In this document: in pieces, positions 9,405-19,414 of the stretch
Layout: each line of letters opens with the position of its first letter
Position numbering within the stretch: the stretch's first letter is position 1
Source of the DNA: an uncultured Oscillospiraceae bacterium
GTDB taxonomy: Bacteria; Bacillota; Clostridia; Oscillospirales; Ruminococcaceae
Assembly (NCBI GenBank): GCA_964371155.1
Contig: CAYJLI010000005.1
Coordinates: 1,675 to 65,674, forward strand
Direction of reading: 5' to 3'
Length of the DNA: 64,000 nt
Made by a program: the position numbers and the translations under genes
Notes under the pieces: model-generated
Told to the model about the DNA's origin: nothing
Seen by the model: the letters and a program-made list of their open reading frames with translations, nothing else
The model's database searches: none

Positions 9405-10416
9405 CTATTGCCGCAGGATTTAGTTCAAATAGTACATTAAGGTAGCCTGAAAGCATATCTTTCATTTCAGCCCCGTCCACATATGTTATATTGCACTCAG
9501 GAATTGCTTTTGCCGCCACTGCTTCGGGCACAATTCCATATCCGCCAACTAAAGCCGCCGCTTCAGCAACATTTGTGTTTACATAGTTTACACTTTCCTC
9601 GTAATTAGCCATAAAATCGGCTACCGCTTCGGGGTTTGCCTCAGCAAAAGCTGTGTTTGCTACTACAACTCCAGTGATAAGGGTTCCATCTATTTCGGAA
9701 CTATCCCAAACTTCTGTTAAATCAAGTGCAATGCGGATATTTTCGTTTTGGGTTTGTGCAGTTGTTGCAAAAGGTTGTGGAAGCATTGCTATTGCATTTG
9801 CCTCAGCCGATAGCGCCGCAACTACCTCGGCTTGCTCACTCTTCCACTCTATTGTAACAGAATCAGTGAGTCCATTTGCCTCTAAAATTTTAGTTAGTGC
9901 ATACTCGGGAGTTGCACCTTTTCCGCTTGCATAAATAGTTTTTCCTGCTAAATCTTCTATCGACTGCACTGTGTCACCGCTCTCGGCGATATATAGCACT
10001 CCAAGTGTGTTGATAGCGAGCACCTTTACTCCGCCATCGCTATTGTTGTGCAAAACACTTGCTACATTTGCAGGTACTGCCGCAATATCAACTTCACCCT
10101 TTACAATCATCGGTGTAACAACATCAATGGCTGTTTCAATCGAGAAAGTGTAGTTATTGCTTGTGATAGCGCCACTTTCAGCGTCGCTCATGAATTTAAC
10201 CATGCCCATTGCAGTAGGCCCATTAAGCGCAACCGCAGACACATCCACTGGCTCTGCCATAGGCTCTTCTGATTGTGGTTGCTCTTCGGATGGTGCCTCA
10301 CTTGCTTCGCTTATAGGCTCAGAAGATGAGGTATCGCCCTCTGTTTCACTCGCACAACCTGTAAAGCCGAATAAGCCCATTGTGCAAACCATCATTAAAA
10401 TAAGTAATTTTTTCAT
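9367..10416 (-). CDS. ABC transporter substrate-binding lipoprotein (NMT1/SsuA-like, family assigned by eye)
   Basis: Lipobox MKKLLILMMVCTMGLFGFTG|C; GGAGG lies 5 nt upstream of the ATG at 10416 (the ORF track start at 10446 is probably too long); acidic Ser/Glu linker followed by a periplasmic-binding-type sequence. Confidence 0.8.
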   Translation of the reverse strand: MKKLLILMMVCTMGLFGFTGCASETEGDTSSSEPISEASEAPSEEQPQSEEPMAEPVDVSAVALNGPTAMGMVKFMSDAESGAITSNNYTFSIETAIDVVTPMIVKGEVDIAAVPANVASVLHNNSDGGVKVLAINTLGVLYIAESGDTVQSIEDLAGKTIYASGKGATPEYALTKILEANGLTDSVTIEWKSEQAEVVAALSAEANAIAMLPQPFATTAQTQNENIRIALDLTEVWDSSEIDGTLITGVVVANTAFAEANPEAVADFMANYEESVNYVNTNVAEAAALVGGYGIVPEAVAAKAIPECNITYVDGAEMKDMLSGYLNVLFELNPAAIGGALPNDAFYYE

Positions 10417-10584
10417 ATTTCCTCCATTTTTTCGCTCTTGGCGCAAACTGATAAAAAGACTTTTAGCAGTTCTAAATTTACTGTGATACTCTTAAAAAAT
10501 TAGCTATAAAGCCGTTTTTAAAAGACTAGCACTTAGATATTCCATGCCCTAAACAAAAAGTTAGCACCTGCTAACTTCTGGTAA

Positions 10585-10613
10585 ATTATATCACAAAATG
10601 GCAAAAAGGTCAA
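10585..10613 (-). promoter_or_regulatory. Putative sigma-A promoter of the ABC importer operon
   Basis: Minus strand TTGACC (10613-10608), 17-nt spacer, TATAAT (10590-10585), preceded by TGa (extended -10). Confidence 0.5.
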
Positions 10614-10669
10614 GTTCATTTGAAAAATCGTAGTGTTGTGAATTTCTTTTAAAAAAACTCAGCTAAAAA

Positions 10670-10698
10670 TTGACTTATTGTTCATATTTTGATATAAT
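10670..10698 (+). promoter_or_regulatory. Putative sigma-A promoter of the GGDEF gene
   Basis: TTGACT (10670-10675), 17-nt spacer, TATAAT (10693-10698) with TGa extended -10. Confidence 0.5.
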
Positions 10699-10846
10699 AA
10701 GTTTAAAATATTATATTATTTTCACTAATAAAACTAATACTTTATATATATTACTTAAATAATATTAAATCTAAAATTTTACCAGTATTTTTCATCTAAA
10801 AATAGCGATGAAAGTACTGTATCCTATTGATATGAGGAGCTTAGTT

Positions 10847-12145
10847 ATGAAAAAATTCGTCAATTGGCTCAATAATGCCACGATAAGGAAAAAGTTCCTT
10901 CCTTTGCAGCTTGTTTTGATTATAAATGTTTTAATACTCACTTCATTTTCTTTTGTTGCGATTTCAATGATAAATAGTTCTTCGCAAAATATTATTGATA
11001 CCAATGTAAGGCACAAAGAAGAGCTGAGCAGTATTATTAGAAATATGTATGTTTGCCGAGTGCTTGGCAGGGATATTCTTTTCGCTGTTGATGAGGATGT
11101 TAAAAACGATTATTACGATGATTATGTTGCAGCGTTTGACTCCCTCGACTACAAAATGGATGAGTATGCAAAATATCTATCCGGCTCACAACTTGAAGAA
11201 TTTACACAAATTATCGAGGAAAAAAACACATATAAAGAGAGCATGATTCTCTCCGCTGATATTTGGATTAACGGCGGCGATTATGACGATGCTCTATATG
11301 CCCTGCAAGTGGTAACTCCGATAGCAACTGAATTTTTCGGCAGTATCGACGAATATTCAGCGGCAGAAGAAGCGATAATGAATGAAGCCCTCGAAATGAA
11401 TGACAGGTTGGTGCTTTCCATCTTAATTGTAGGGGTGGTTATTAGTGTGGCTGTTATATCGGGCGTTGTATTTTTCACAAGGTTTTTCTCAAAAAGCATG
11501 AGTGGTAGCCTTATCAAGCTTGAAAAATCAATGTCGCTCATCGCTGAAACAGGCAATATGAAAATTGAAATACCCAAAGAGCTTTATACCGATGACGAAG
11601 TTGGTAAAATAGCTAATGTGGCAAATAAAATGAAAACCATGCTGCTTGAATATTCATTTAATGATACTCTCACAGGTGGTTATAATGCAAAGGCATACCA
11701 CGAAGAGCTAAATGATCTCTTTGAAAACGAAAGCGAAGATCATGAGGTTTGGTGTGTGATTGCCGATATGAACAATTTAAAGCTCATCAACGACCATTTA
11801 GGCCATATGGAGGGCGATAATGCTCTGAGAAACTGCTACTATGCACTCAATGGCAATTTCGGCAAATTTGGCAAGACTTTTAGAATTGGTGGGGATGAAT
11901 TTGTTTCACTTCTTTCAGGATGCACAAAAGAAGAGCTTGATTTGCTGATAGCCGAAGCGGTAGCTCAAATTAATAAAGCCAACAAAAATGCCGTGCACAA
12001 ATATTCGCTCGCCATAGGCGTGGACCGCTTTGTAGGCAAATCTTTGCTTGAATATAATGATTTCTTTAAAATTGTAGATAAAAAGATGTATGATAATAAG
12101 ATTAATAGCAAGCAGTCGAGGATGACTTCAAGGGTAACGGAATAA
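10847..12145 (+). CDS. Membrane-bound diguanylate cyclase (two TM helices flanking a four-helix-bundle-like extracytoplasmic sensor, HAMP-like linker, GGDEF domain)
   Basis: RIGGDEF active-site motif. Start chosen at ATG 10847 (MKKFVNWL), which has GAGGAG 8 nt upstream. TM segments are LQLVLIINVLILTSFSFVAISMI and LSILIVGVVISVAVISGVVFF. Confidence 0.85.
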   Translation: MKKFVNWLNNATIRKKFLPLQLVLIINVLILTSFSFVAISMINSSSQNIIDTNVRHKEELSSIIRNMYVCRVLGRDILFAVDEDVKNDYYDDYVAAFDSLDYKMDEYAKYLSGSQLEEFTQIIEEKNTYKESMILSADIWINGGDYDDALYALQVVTPIATEFFGSIDEYSAAEEAIMNEALEMNDRLVLSILIVGVVISVAVISGVVFFTRFFSKSMSGSLIKLEKSMSLIAETGNMKIEIPKELYTDDEVGKIANVANKMKTMLLEYSFNDTLTGGYNAKAYHEELNDLFENESEDHEVWCVIADMNNLKLINDHLGHMEGDNALRNCYYALNGNFGKFGKTFRIGGDEFVSLLSGCTKEELDLLIAEAVAQINKANKNAVHKYSLAIGVDRFVGKSLLEYNDFFKIVDKKMYDNKINSKQSRMTSRVTE

Positions 12146-12212
12146 AATTGATGTAAGTGCTATACAGGAAATAGTCACTTAATTAGATACTTTAAAACCT
12201 AATAACCAAAAT

Positions 12213-12256
12213 ATGCTCTTATCACCGCTTTAGGCGGAGATAAGAGCATATTTTTA
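12213..12256. terminator. Bidirectional hairpin between the convergent GGDEF and phoR genes
   Basis: atgctcttatc (12213-12223) pairs with gataagagcat (12239-12249); followed by attttt on the plus strand and preceded by aaaat (a T-run when read on the minus strand). Confidence 0.65.
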
Positions 12257-12331
12257 GTGAATTTTGTGCAGGCCACCCCTTTGGGGTGAATTTCACTAAT
12301 GATATTATTTAATTTAAATTTGCGTGATTTT

Positions 12332-14002
12332 CTAACGACTAATCGGCAGATAAATTTTTATCTCCGTGCCTTTTTCACTGCTTTTTAGCTGTATTTTTCC
12401 ACCCAGTCGTTCCACACCATGCTTTACTATTGAAAGGCCAAGACCCGTGCCGCCAGTTTCTTTAGAATGGCTTTTGTCCACTCGGTAAAACCTTTCAAAT
12501 ACACGCTTTTGGCTTGCCACAGGTATGCCTATCCCCGTGTCTTTCACGGTGAGTACGGCGAGGTCATTTTCCTTTGATGTTTTAACCATCACACTGCCTT
12601 TTGGCTTATTATACTTTATGGCATTGTCCACTATATTGCTTATGATTTCCTCTATTATCTGTGGGAAAACCGCAACAGTGACTTCACTTAGCTCGGTTTT
12701 AAGCTCTACCCCTGCTTGCTCCGCCGCTGCCATAAATCTTTCTGCTACATCGCTTGCCACATCGGCTAAATTAATTTTCACCGTTTCGGCTGTAATTTTT
12801 TCTTCGTCAAGTCTTGATATATAGATTATATCCTGTATCAGATTAATTAGCCTTGTGGATTCAGTGTAGATTTTTTCTGCAAAAGGAACTACATCCTCCG
12901 AGGAAACCATGCCATTTTTCATAATTTCCGCATAGCCCGATATTGAGGTGAGTGGGGTTTTAAGTTCATGGGAAACATTTGCTGAGAATTCTCGTCTGAG
13001 CTGTTCGCTCTCTCTTTTTTCGGTTATATCCACTAAAATTAGCACTGCGCCGTCTATTGTGTTATTAAGGCTTACAGGATTTGCCGCCACCGAATATTCC
13101 CTGCCTTTGTGTGCGAGGATGTATTCGCTTTTTACTCCGCTTAGTGCTTTGTCCACCACTTCTTTTAGCTCGAGTGAACGATTTAGCTCAAGGACGGGTT
13201 TATTTATATAATCCGCTTCTGAATATAGCCCTAAAAAGGCGGTAGCAGAGGAATTCATAAACAGTATATCGCCCTTTTTATCTGTGAGTATAAGCCCTTC
13301 CCCCATGTTTTCAACAATGGTAGAAAACTGCTGTTGGCTTTTACTTAAATCCACAAGTTGGCTTGAAATAAGCTCGTTTTGCTTTCTGATTTTGGTAACA
13401 AATGGGGAGAGCTCTGGATAAATGTCAGTGATTTTATAGTCTTCCGGTGCCATGGTATTGAGCGGTGTTACTATCCTTTTTGTAGCTAAGCGTGCCACAA
13501 GAAATGCTATTATTAGCACCACTAAAACTACAACCACCATATATGGGTATACCATGCCAAGTATAATAGCTACTACACTTTCATCGGTAACAGCTATTCT
13601 AAGTATATCCCCCGAGGGTAGTTTTGTGGCGTAGTAGTATGTTTGAAGGCCTATTGTGTCGGAAAATCTGGTGGATTCACCCCTACCAAAGCTTAGAGCA
13701 TTTTGTATTTCGGGGCGGTCGCCATGGTTTTCCATCGCCGAGGCATCCTCCATATTGTCATAGAGCACCACACCCGATGGGTCGATTATCGTTACCCTTT
13801 CTTTAGTGAGAAGTGTGCTCGCCTCCTTGATGGGGTCTTCAGCGTTATTTAGGATGTTTGAGATATACTGGATATTGTATATCATGTCTTCTTTTGTGTT
13901 TTGGTAAAATCTATTATATGCCACAAAAGACATAAGGATTGTGGTGAGAATTGTGGCAAGTACTGCCACTGTTCCCACGCTTATAAGTATTCTTTTTCTC
14001 AT
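12332..14002 (-). CDS. phoR: Phosphate-sensing histidine kinase PhoR
   Basis: 556 aa with two TM helices, a PAS-like region, H-box SHELKTPLTSI and ATPase G-boxes (DTGIGIP, GGTGLGLSIV). It is the last gene of the pst-pho operon. Confidence 0.85.
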   Translation of the reverse strand: MRKRILISVGTVAVLATILTTILMSFVAYNRFYQNTKEDMIYNIQYISNILNNAEDPIKEASTLLTKERVTIIDPSGVVLYDNMEDASAMENHGDRPEIQNALSFGRGESTRFSDTIGLQTYYYATKLPSGDILRIAVTDESVVAIILGMVYPYMVVVVLVVLIIAFLVARLATKRIVTPLNTMAPEDYKITDIYPELSPFVTKIRKQNELISSQLVDLSKSQQQFSTIVENMGEGLILTDKKGDILFMNSSATAFLGLYSEADYINKPVLELNRSLELKEVVDKALSGVKSEYILAHKGREYSVAANPVSLNNTIDGAVLILVDITEKRESEQLRREFSANVSHELKTPLTSISGYAEIMKNGMVSSEDVVPFAEKIYTESTRLINLIQDIIYISRLDEEKITAETVKINLADVASDVAERFMAAAEQAGVELKTELSEVTVAVFPQIIEEIISNIVDNAIKYNKPKGSVMVKTSKENDLAVLTVKDTGIGIPVASQKRVFERFYRVDKSHSKETGGTGLGLSIVKHGVERLGGKIQLKSSEKGTEIKIYLPISR

Positions 14003-14102
14003 ATATTTACGATTATTCCTTTCCGAGCAGAGCGAAAAATCGATATTTGTGCCATGAAAAATCCGCCCTCTTTAAAGTTTGGGCATAGTTTATGAAGAGG
14101 GA

Positions 14103-14777
14103 TTATGCTTCCGCCCCTATTCTGTACCCCACACCCCTGACTGTGGAAATCAAATTGCCATGGACACCGAGCTTCTGCCTGAGTGTCCTTATATGAACAT
14201 CCACGGTACGGGTTTCGCCGTCGAAATCATAGCCCCAAATGCGCTCTAATAGGTGGTCTCGAGTGAGAACTATACCGCTGTTTTGCATAAGTATTCTAAG
14301 CAGCTCAAACTCTTTAAAGGTGAGCAGCACCTCTTCATTAGCGGTGTGCACTGTATGCCTTTTTACATCGAGCACTATGTCCCCACAGTGAAAGAGTGTT
14401 TTTTCCTCCTGTGGCGCACTTCTCCTAAGCACCGCTTTAACCCTTGATACCATTTCCATCATTCCAAAGGGTTTGGCAATATAGTCGTCAGCACCTGTGT
14501 CAAGCCCTATTACCTTATCGAATTCACTGCCCTTTGCAGTAACAAGTATAACTGGCACATGCTTGGTGCTCGGTGCGGATTTTAGCTTTTTGAGTATTTG
14601 AAGTCCGTCCTGTCCGGGTAGCATTATGTCGAGCAATATTAGTTGTGGAGTTGTGGTTTGGAGTTTTGCAAAGAGCTCATCCCCGTCCCCCACACCAACC
14701 GACTCAAATCCAGTCGATTTAAGTGTGTAAACTATTAGCTCCCTTATACTGCTATCGTCTTCTACGCAAAATATCAC
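14103..14777 (-). CDS. phoB: OmpR/PhoB-family response regulator (PhoB; PhoP in Bacillus nomenclature)
   Basis: 224 aa with a receiver domain (DDSSIREL..LLDIMLPG..) and a winged-helix C-terminus (RTVDVHIRTLRQKL..VRGVGYR). The position between phoU and phoR supports the assignment. Confidence 0.8.
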   Translation of the reverse strand: MIFCVEDDSSIRELIVYTLKSTGFESVGVGDGDELFAKLQTTTPQLILLDIMLPGQDGLQILKKLKSAPSTKHVPVILVTAKGSEFDKVIGLDTGADDYIAKPFGMMEMVSRVKAVLRRSAPQEEKTLFHCGDIVLDVKRHTVHTANEEVLLTFKEFELLRILMQNSGIVLTRDHLLERIWGYDFDGETRTVDVHIRTLRQKLGVHGNLISTVRGVGYRIGAEA

Positions 14778-14779
14778 GG

Positions 14780-15439
14780 CTATTCCCCCTCATTCTCATG
14801 CTTTCCTGTTATTGAGAATATTACCCACTCGGCAATATTTACCGCATGGTCGCCTATTCTTTCAAAATACTTTGCAATCATTAATAGATAAACTGCCGAT
14901 TCCGCCTTGCTTTCGTTTACCTGTATGAGGTCTATAAGCTCTTTTTTAATATTTGTGAAGTATTCGTCCACAATGTCATCCTCTTTAATAACATCGTGAG
15001 CCATCTCTAAATTATTGCTTACATAGGCATTAAGACTGTGCGCAAGCATCTTTTTAGTGGCATCCGCCATGCCAGTTATGCTCACCCTTCTCTTGCAGTC
15101 GCTAAAGTCTATTTCGGATACAATTCTTGCTATATCCCTTGCTTGGTCGCCTATTCTCTCAAGGTCTGTTATCATTTTAAGTGCGGAGGATATCTGCCTT
15201 AAATCCTTTGCCACTGGCTGTTGTTGCAAAAGTAGTTTTAGGCAGAGCTTTTCTATATTCCTCTCCATACTGTTTACATTTTTATCAGCCTGTATTGCTT
15301 TTTCGGCGGCTTCCATGTCATTGTCTATGAGTGCTTTTGTCGCATTGCTTATCGATGTTTCCACCATTGCACCCATTTCGAGCAATTCGTCATGTAGCTC
15401 TTTTAGTTGCATGTCAAACTTTGATCTCATATTATTCAC
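14780..15439 (-). CDS. phoU: Phosphate signalling complex protein PhoU
   Basis: 219 aa with the duplicated PhoU motif (DLERIGDQARDIA and YFERIGDHAVNIAE). Confidence 0.9.
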   Translation of the reverse strand: MNNMRSKFDMQLKELHDELLEMGAMVETSISNATKALIDNDMEAAEKAIQADKNVNSMERNIEKLCLKLLLQQQPVAKDLRQISSALKMITDLERIGDQARDIARIVSEIDFSDCKRRVSITGMADATKKMLAHSLNAYVSNNLEMAHDVIKEDDIVDEYFTNIKKELIDLIQVNESKAESAVYLLMIAKYFERIGDHAVNIAEWVIFSITGKHENEGE

Positions 15440-15561
15440 CCTGCTCCTTTTGCATTAATTATATATAACTGAAACTATAATCTATATTTAGCTTATTTTA
15501 AACAGCGACTTCTTTTCTCTGCTTTTTCCTTCATCGGGAAGAAATATGCATGGGAACTATC

Positions 15562-16311
15562 TTACCCAAATCTACCTGTTATATAATCTTCTGTGCGTTG
15601 ATCAGTCGGGGTGGAGAAGAGGTTTTCAGTAGTGTTCATCTCAACAACTTCACCGAGTAGGAAAAACGCTGTTTTATCCGATATACGCACTGCTTGCTGC
15701 ATATTATGTGTAACGATAACAATAGTATAGTCCTTTTTAAGCTCGAGTGCAAGCTCTTCGATTTTCACGGTGGAAATCGGGTCGAGCGCCGAGGTTGGCT
15801 CATCCATGAGCAGTACTTCTGGCTCTACTGCAAGTGCTCTGGCAATGCAAAGCCTTTGCTGTTGTCCGCCTGAGAGGCCTATTGCGGATTTTTTAAGCCT
15901 ATCCTTTGTTTCTTCCCAAATTGCCGCACCTTTAAGGCTTCTTTCAACTATTTCATCAAGTTCGGCTCTGTTTTTAATTCCATGTGTTCTTGGGCCGTAT
16001 GCAACATTGTCGTATATACTCATTGGGAATGGGTTTGGCTTTTGGAATACCATGCCCACTCTTTTTCTGAGGAGGTTGGTGTCCATATTTCCGTATATGT
16101 CCTCGCCGTCAAGCAGGAAATTCCCCGTGATTTTACAACCCTCTATTAGGTCGTTCATTCTATTAAGGCTTTTTAGCAAAGTGGATTTACCACAACCCGA
16201 TGGGCCTATAAATGCAGTTATTTCCTTTTCCTTTACTTTTAAGTCTATGTTTTTCAGTGCATGAAAATCACTGTAATATAAATTGACATTACTCAGCTGA
16301 AATTTTTCCAT
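15562..16311 (-). CDS. pstB: Phosphate ABC transporter ATP-binding protein PstB
   Basis: 249 aa with [18 protein letters not shown] and [12 protein letters not shown]; typical PstB N- and C-termini. Confidence 0.92.
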   Translation of the reverse strand: MEKFQLSNVNLYYSDFHALKNIDLKVKEKEITAFIGPSGCGKSTLLKSLNRMNDLIEGCKITGNFLLDGEDIYGNMDTNLLRKRVGMVFQKPNPFPMSIYDNVAYGPRTHGIKNRAELDEIVERSLKGAAIWEETKDRLKKSAIGLSGGQQQRLCIARALAVEPEVLLMDEPTSALDPISTVKIEELALELKKDYTIVIVTHNMQQAVRISDKTAFFLLGEVVEMNTTENLFSTPTDQRTEDYITGRFG

Positions 16312-16383
16312 TTTCTACTCCCTCTAACGCCATGCGGCGGAAATTTTAGTGTGGATAATAACATCCATTTTTTTATACTTCGC

Positions 16384-17307
16384 CTATGCCTTTAATAGCT
16401 TTTTAGCGATTACACCCGATATCCAGTTGATAAACAGCACCACTGCAAGCAGTACCACCGCTGTGGCATATGCTTGATTAAAGTGCAGTCCCTCTCCACT
16501 TAGCATGTACATATGCACCGAGAGTGTTCTCCCTGCACTGTCGAGCGTTGTGGCAAGCCTTGAGGAAGTTCCCGAGGTGTATAGCAGTGCGGCTGTTTCG
16601 CCGATTACCCTGCCTATTGCAAGGATAATGCCCGCAAGTATCCCAGGCACCGCCGCTGGAAGCACTATGGTGAACACTGTGCGAAGTTTCCCTGCTCCAA
16701 GCCCAAAGCTTGCTTCTCGATAACTGTCGGGCACTGATTTAAGCGCCTCTTCGGTCGAGCGCATTATTAGTGGAAGTATCATGATGGATACAGTCCACAT
16801 CCCCGACATAAGCGATATCCCCATGTCCAAAAACTGCACAAAGAATATCATCCCGAATAGCCCATATACTATCGAGGGTATCCCCGAGAGAGTTTCGGCG
16901 GTAATTCTTATTATTCCCACCACTTTATTGTCTTTTTTTGCATACTCCACAAGATATACAGCGGTAAATATACCAAAGAGTGCGGAAAGTCCCACTGCGC
17001 TTGCTGTAAGGAGTAATGTATTAAATATCGAGGGGACAAGCGATACATTGTCGGTATTATATTTCCAGTCGAAAAGTGAGGGAAGCCCTGAAAGAAGCTT
17101 GCTCACTTCGGTGATTAGATGGGGAATGCCCTGTGCAAGGATGAATATTAAGAGATAGAGCAGCATTCCGATAGTAGCTATCGTGCAAATTATTACTGCA
17201 AGATAGATTAAAAAGCTTGCAGGATTTTGCCTATATTCCGACATTCTTCGCTTAAAGCTTTTATTATTAATTCCCTTTTCGGTCGGGATAGATTTCACAT
17301 TCGTCAT
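16384..17307 (-). CDS. pstA: Phosphate ABC transporter permease PstA
   Basis: Start placed at ATG 17307 (MTNVKS..), which overlaps the pstC stop as TAATG (translational coupling). The ORF track start at 17346 would overlap pstC by 40 nt. Confidence 0.85.
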   Translation of the reverse strand: MTNVKSIPTEKGINNKSFKRRMSEYRQNPASFLIYLAVIICTIATIGMLLYLLIFILAQGIPHLITEVSKLLSGLPSLFDWKYNTDNVSLVPSIFNTLLLTASAVGLSALFGIFTAVYLVEYAKKDNKVVGIIRITAETLSGIPSIVYGLFGMIFFVQFLDMGISLMSGMWTVSIMILPLIMRSTEEALKSVPDSYREASFGLGAGKLRTVFTIVLPAAVPGILAGIILAIGRVIGETAALLYTSGTSSRLATTLDSAGRTLSVHMYMLSGEGLHFNQAYATAVVLLAVVLFINWISGVIAKKLLKA

Positions 17308-18158
17308 TACACTTTTTCCATCCTTCGTTTTAGTATGGAGAAACATAAATTAATTATCAAAATGAATACAAATAGCACCACACCGGTGGCTATTAATGCG
17401 TCTTCATGGAGGTCGGCGGCATATTTCATCTCCATAACCACATTTGCGGTCATTGTGCGTATGCCTGAGAGGATATCGCCTGTAATTCTCGGCTGATTTC
17501 CTGCAACCATTACCACCGCCATTGTTTCGCCTATTGCCCTGCCTATGCCAAGCACTACCGCCGCAAGCACGCCCGAGCGTGCCGCTGGAAGCACTACTGC
17601 AAAGACAGTGCGTTCATGTGTTGCACCGAGTGCAAGTGAACCCTCATAATAGGACTCCGGCACTGCGTTTATCGCCGATTCGCTAATTCCTATAATGGTG
17701 GGCAGTATCATTAGCCCGAGGAGTAGGGAAGCGGTGAGTATGCTGTTTCCATCTCCTCCTACATTGTCCCTAATAAGCGGGATAAGTGCCATCATTCCAA
17801 AGAAGCCGTATATGATTGAGGGTATGCCTGCGAGTAGGTTTATGCCCGGCTTTATGTATTTGTAAACCGCTTTAGGGCAAAATTTAGACATAAATACCGC
17901 TGTCATAATACCTATTGGCACACCTACCACTATTGCACCACCTGTGATATAGATACTTCCCACTATCATTGGAAGTATGCCGAACACGCCGTTTGAGGGT
18001 CTCCATTCTGTGCCGAATATAAAGTTTAAAAAGCCTATTTCTTGCATTGCAGGCACTCCACGCATAAATAGGAATAGACATATTACTATTACCGCAAAAA
18101 TTGAGCAAAGCGCTGTGAGCAAAAAGAGTATTTCAAATAATTTTTCTTTTAATTTCAT
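17307..18158 (-). CDS. pstC: Phosphate ABC transporter permease PstC
   Basis: Hydrophobic permease. ATG 18158 (MKLKEKLF) has GGGAG 8 nt upstream; the alternative ATG at 18173 lacks an SD. Confidence 0.88.
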   Translation of the reverse strand: MKLKEKLFEILFLLTALCSIFAVIVICLFLFMRGVPAMQEIGFLNFIFGTEWRPSNGVFGILPMIVGSIYITGGAIVVGVPIGIMTAVFMSKFCPKAVYKYIKPGINLLAGIPSIIYGFFGMMALIPLIRDNVGGDGNSILTASLLLGLMILPTIIGISESAINAVPESYYEGSLALGATHERTVFAVVLPAARSGVLAAVVLGIGRAIGETMAVVMVAGNQPRITGDILSGIRTMTANVVMEMKYAADLHEDALIATGVVLFVFILIINLCFSILKRRMEKV

Positions 18159-18255
18159 TAGAAAAGCTCCCATTTGTGATTTAACTTACATTTTACATTG
18201 ATGTTATAAAAAAAACGCCGAGCCGATTTCATCTAAACCTCTTACTTTGACATTC

Positions 18256-18284
18256 ATGATGCACACCCCATTGATGTGCATCAT
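18256..18284 (-). promoter_or_regulatory. Intercistronic stem-loop between pstS and pstC
   Basis: atgatgcaca (18256-18265) pairs with tgtgcatcat (18275-18284) across a 9-nt loop, with no U-tract. This is the position where SBP-gene transcripts are commonly stabilised or partly terminated in ABC operons (inference). Confidence 0.4.
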
Positions 18285-18351
18285 AAATACTGTCAAAAAA
18301 TATATTTCGGAAGATGAATGTTGTTATGCTCTGCGTGAAGTTTTATTTATC

Positions 18352-19269
18352 TTACTTAACTTCGGACCAATCTGTGATAGCGCCTGTGTAGATATCTCTT
18401 ACTTGGTCAAGTGTTAGCTCTGCAAGGTCGTTAGCATTATTTACTACTACTGCGATACCGTCCTGAGCTATTGGTAGGTAGTAAGCGAGTTCAGCCATTT
18501 CGGAGTCTTTTAGGTTACGGCTTGCCATACCTATATCGTATGTGCCATTTATTGCGCCAGTCATACCTGCGCTTGAACCACTGCCTTCAACGGAGATGTT
18601 GGCATTTGGGTTAATTGCAGCATAAGCTTCTACAAGTTTTTCCATGATAGGTGTTACAGATGTGGAACCACCGATGATTAAATCGCCTTCTGGCATTGTG
18701 CTTGTGAATGCTACGCCTTCAAGAGGGATATATCCTTCAGCTTCTACGATAGCCTGTGCTTCTGGGCTTAGGATGTAGCCGATAAGGTCTGCTGCTACGC
18801 CTGTTGGCTCTTCTAAAGTAGCGATGTTAAATGGTCTTGCAACAGGGTATGAACCGTTTAGTACATTTTCGGAAGTAGCTTCTGCGCCGTCAATTTTTAA
18901 AGCCTTAACTGTTTCGTCCATTGAACCCATTGAGATGTAGCCGATTGAAGCAGGTGCTTCTGCAACAGCTGTTTTAACTTTACCTGTGCCGTCATGTACA
19001 ATAGCTTCTACATATGTGTTGTCGATATCGTCAGCCATAACGCCTGTGATTTCTACAAATGCACCCCTTGTGCCCGAGCCGTCTTCTCTTGTGATAACGC
19101 TGATTGTACCAGAAACGCCTTCAGCTGGTGCTTCTTCGGAAGCTGGTGCTTCACTGCTTGCTGGTGTTTCTTCGGAAGCTGGTGCTTCGGAGAAAGCTGG
19201 TTCGGAAGAACATCCTGTGATAGTTGCCATCATTGATAGTGCTAAAATAGCTGTAAGTATTTTTTTCAT
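18352..19269 (-). CDS. pstS: Phosphate-binding lipoprotein PstS
   Basis: Lipobox LALSMMATITG|C; repeated SEAPASEE linker; PBP-like core (GSGTRG, GSGSSAG). Confidence 0.9.
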   Translation of the reverse strand: MKKILTAILALSMMATITGCSSEPAFSEAPASEETPASSEAPASEEAPAEGVSGTISVITREDGSGTRGAFVEITGVMADDIDNTYVEAIVHDGTGKVKTAVAEAPASIGYISMGSMDETVKALKIDGAEATSENVLNGSYPVARPFNIATLEEPTGVAADLIGYILSPEAQAIVEAEGYIPLEGVAFTSTMPEGDLIIGGSTSVTPIMEKLVEAYAAINPNANISVEGSGSSAGMTGAINGTYDIGMASRNLKDSEMAELAYYLPIAQDGIAVVVNNANDLAELTLDQVRDIYTGAITDWSEVK

Positions 19270-19381
19270 TTTTTTCTTCTCCTTAAAATTAAAGCGATTT
19301 TGTTTTTTGATTTAGGCATTTTGTAAATGCAATGTGTTTTGATTTGTGCTACATGTCGTATTCTATAACTGCAAAGTAAAA

Positions 19382-19414
19382 TATAAACACTTTTTTATGT
19401 TAAATATATGTAAA
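19382..19414 (-). promoter_or_regulatory. Candidate Pho box (three TTWACA-like direct repeats at 11-bp phasing) upstream of pstS
   Basis: Minus strand: TTTACA (19414-19409), TTAACA (19403-19398), TTTATA (19387-19382), 113-145 nt upstream of the pstS ATG. The pattern matches Firmicute PhoP-box logic; no experimental support. Confidence 0.35.

Noticed and set aside
10417-10584. TPP or other known riboswitch in front of the NMT1/SsuA-like ABC importer
   Set aside because: None of the THI-box segments seen at 47360-47445 (CTGAGA, ACCCTT, CCTGATCYGGRTAATGCC) nor S-box or other familiar cores are present. Only an unexplained early hairpin is reported.
15770-16264. 164-aa plus-strand ORF antisense to pstB
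   Set aside because: It is fully embedded in a highly conserved ABC ATPase gene, has no SD, and its composition is typical of antisense frames.
16384-17346. Longer pstA start at 17346 (and similar long starts at 10446, 10808, 41279, 47479, 49512, 54441, 54812, 56157, 57708, 63419)
   Set aside because: In each case an internal ATG has a properly spaced SD and gives a canonical N-terminus (signal peptide, conserved motif or TAATG coupling). The upstream extension overlaps a neighbouring gene, a riboswitch or a repeat.
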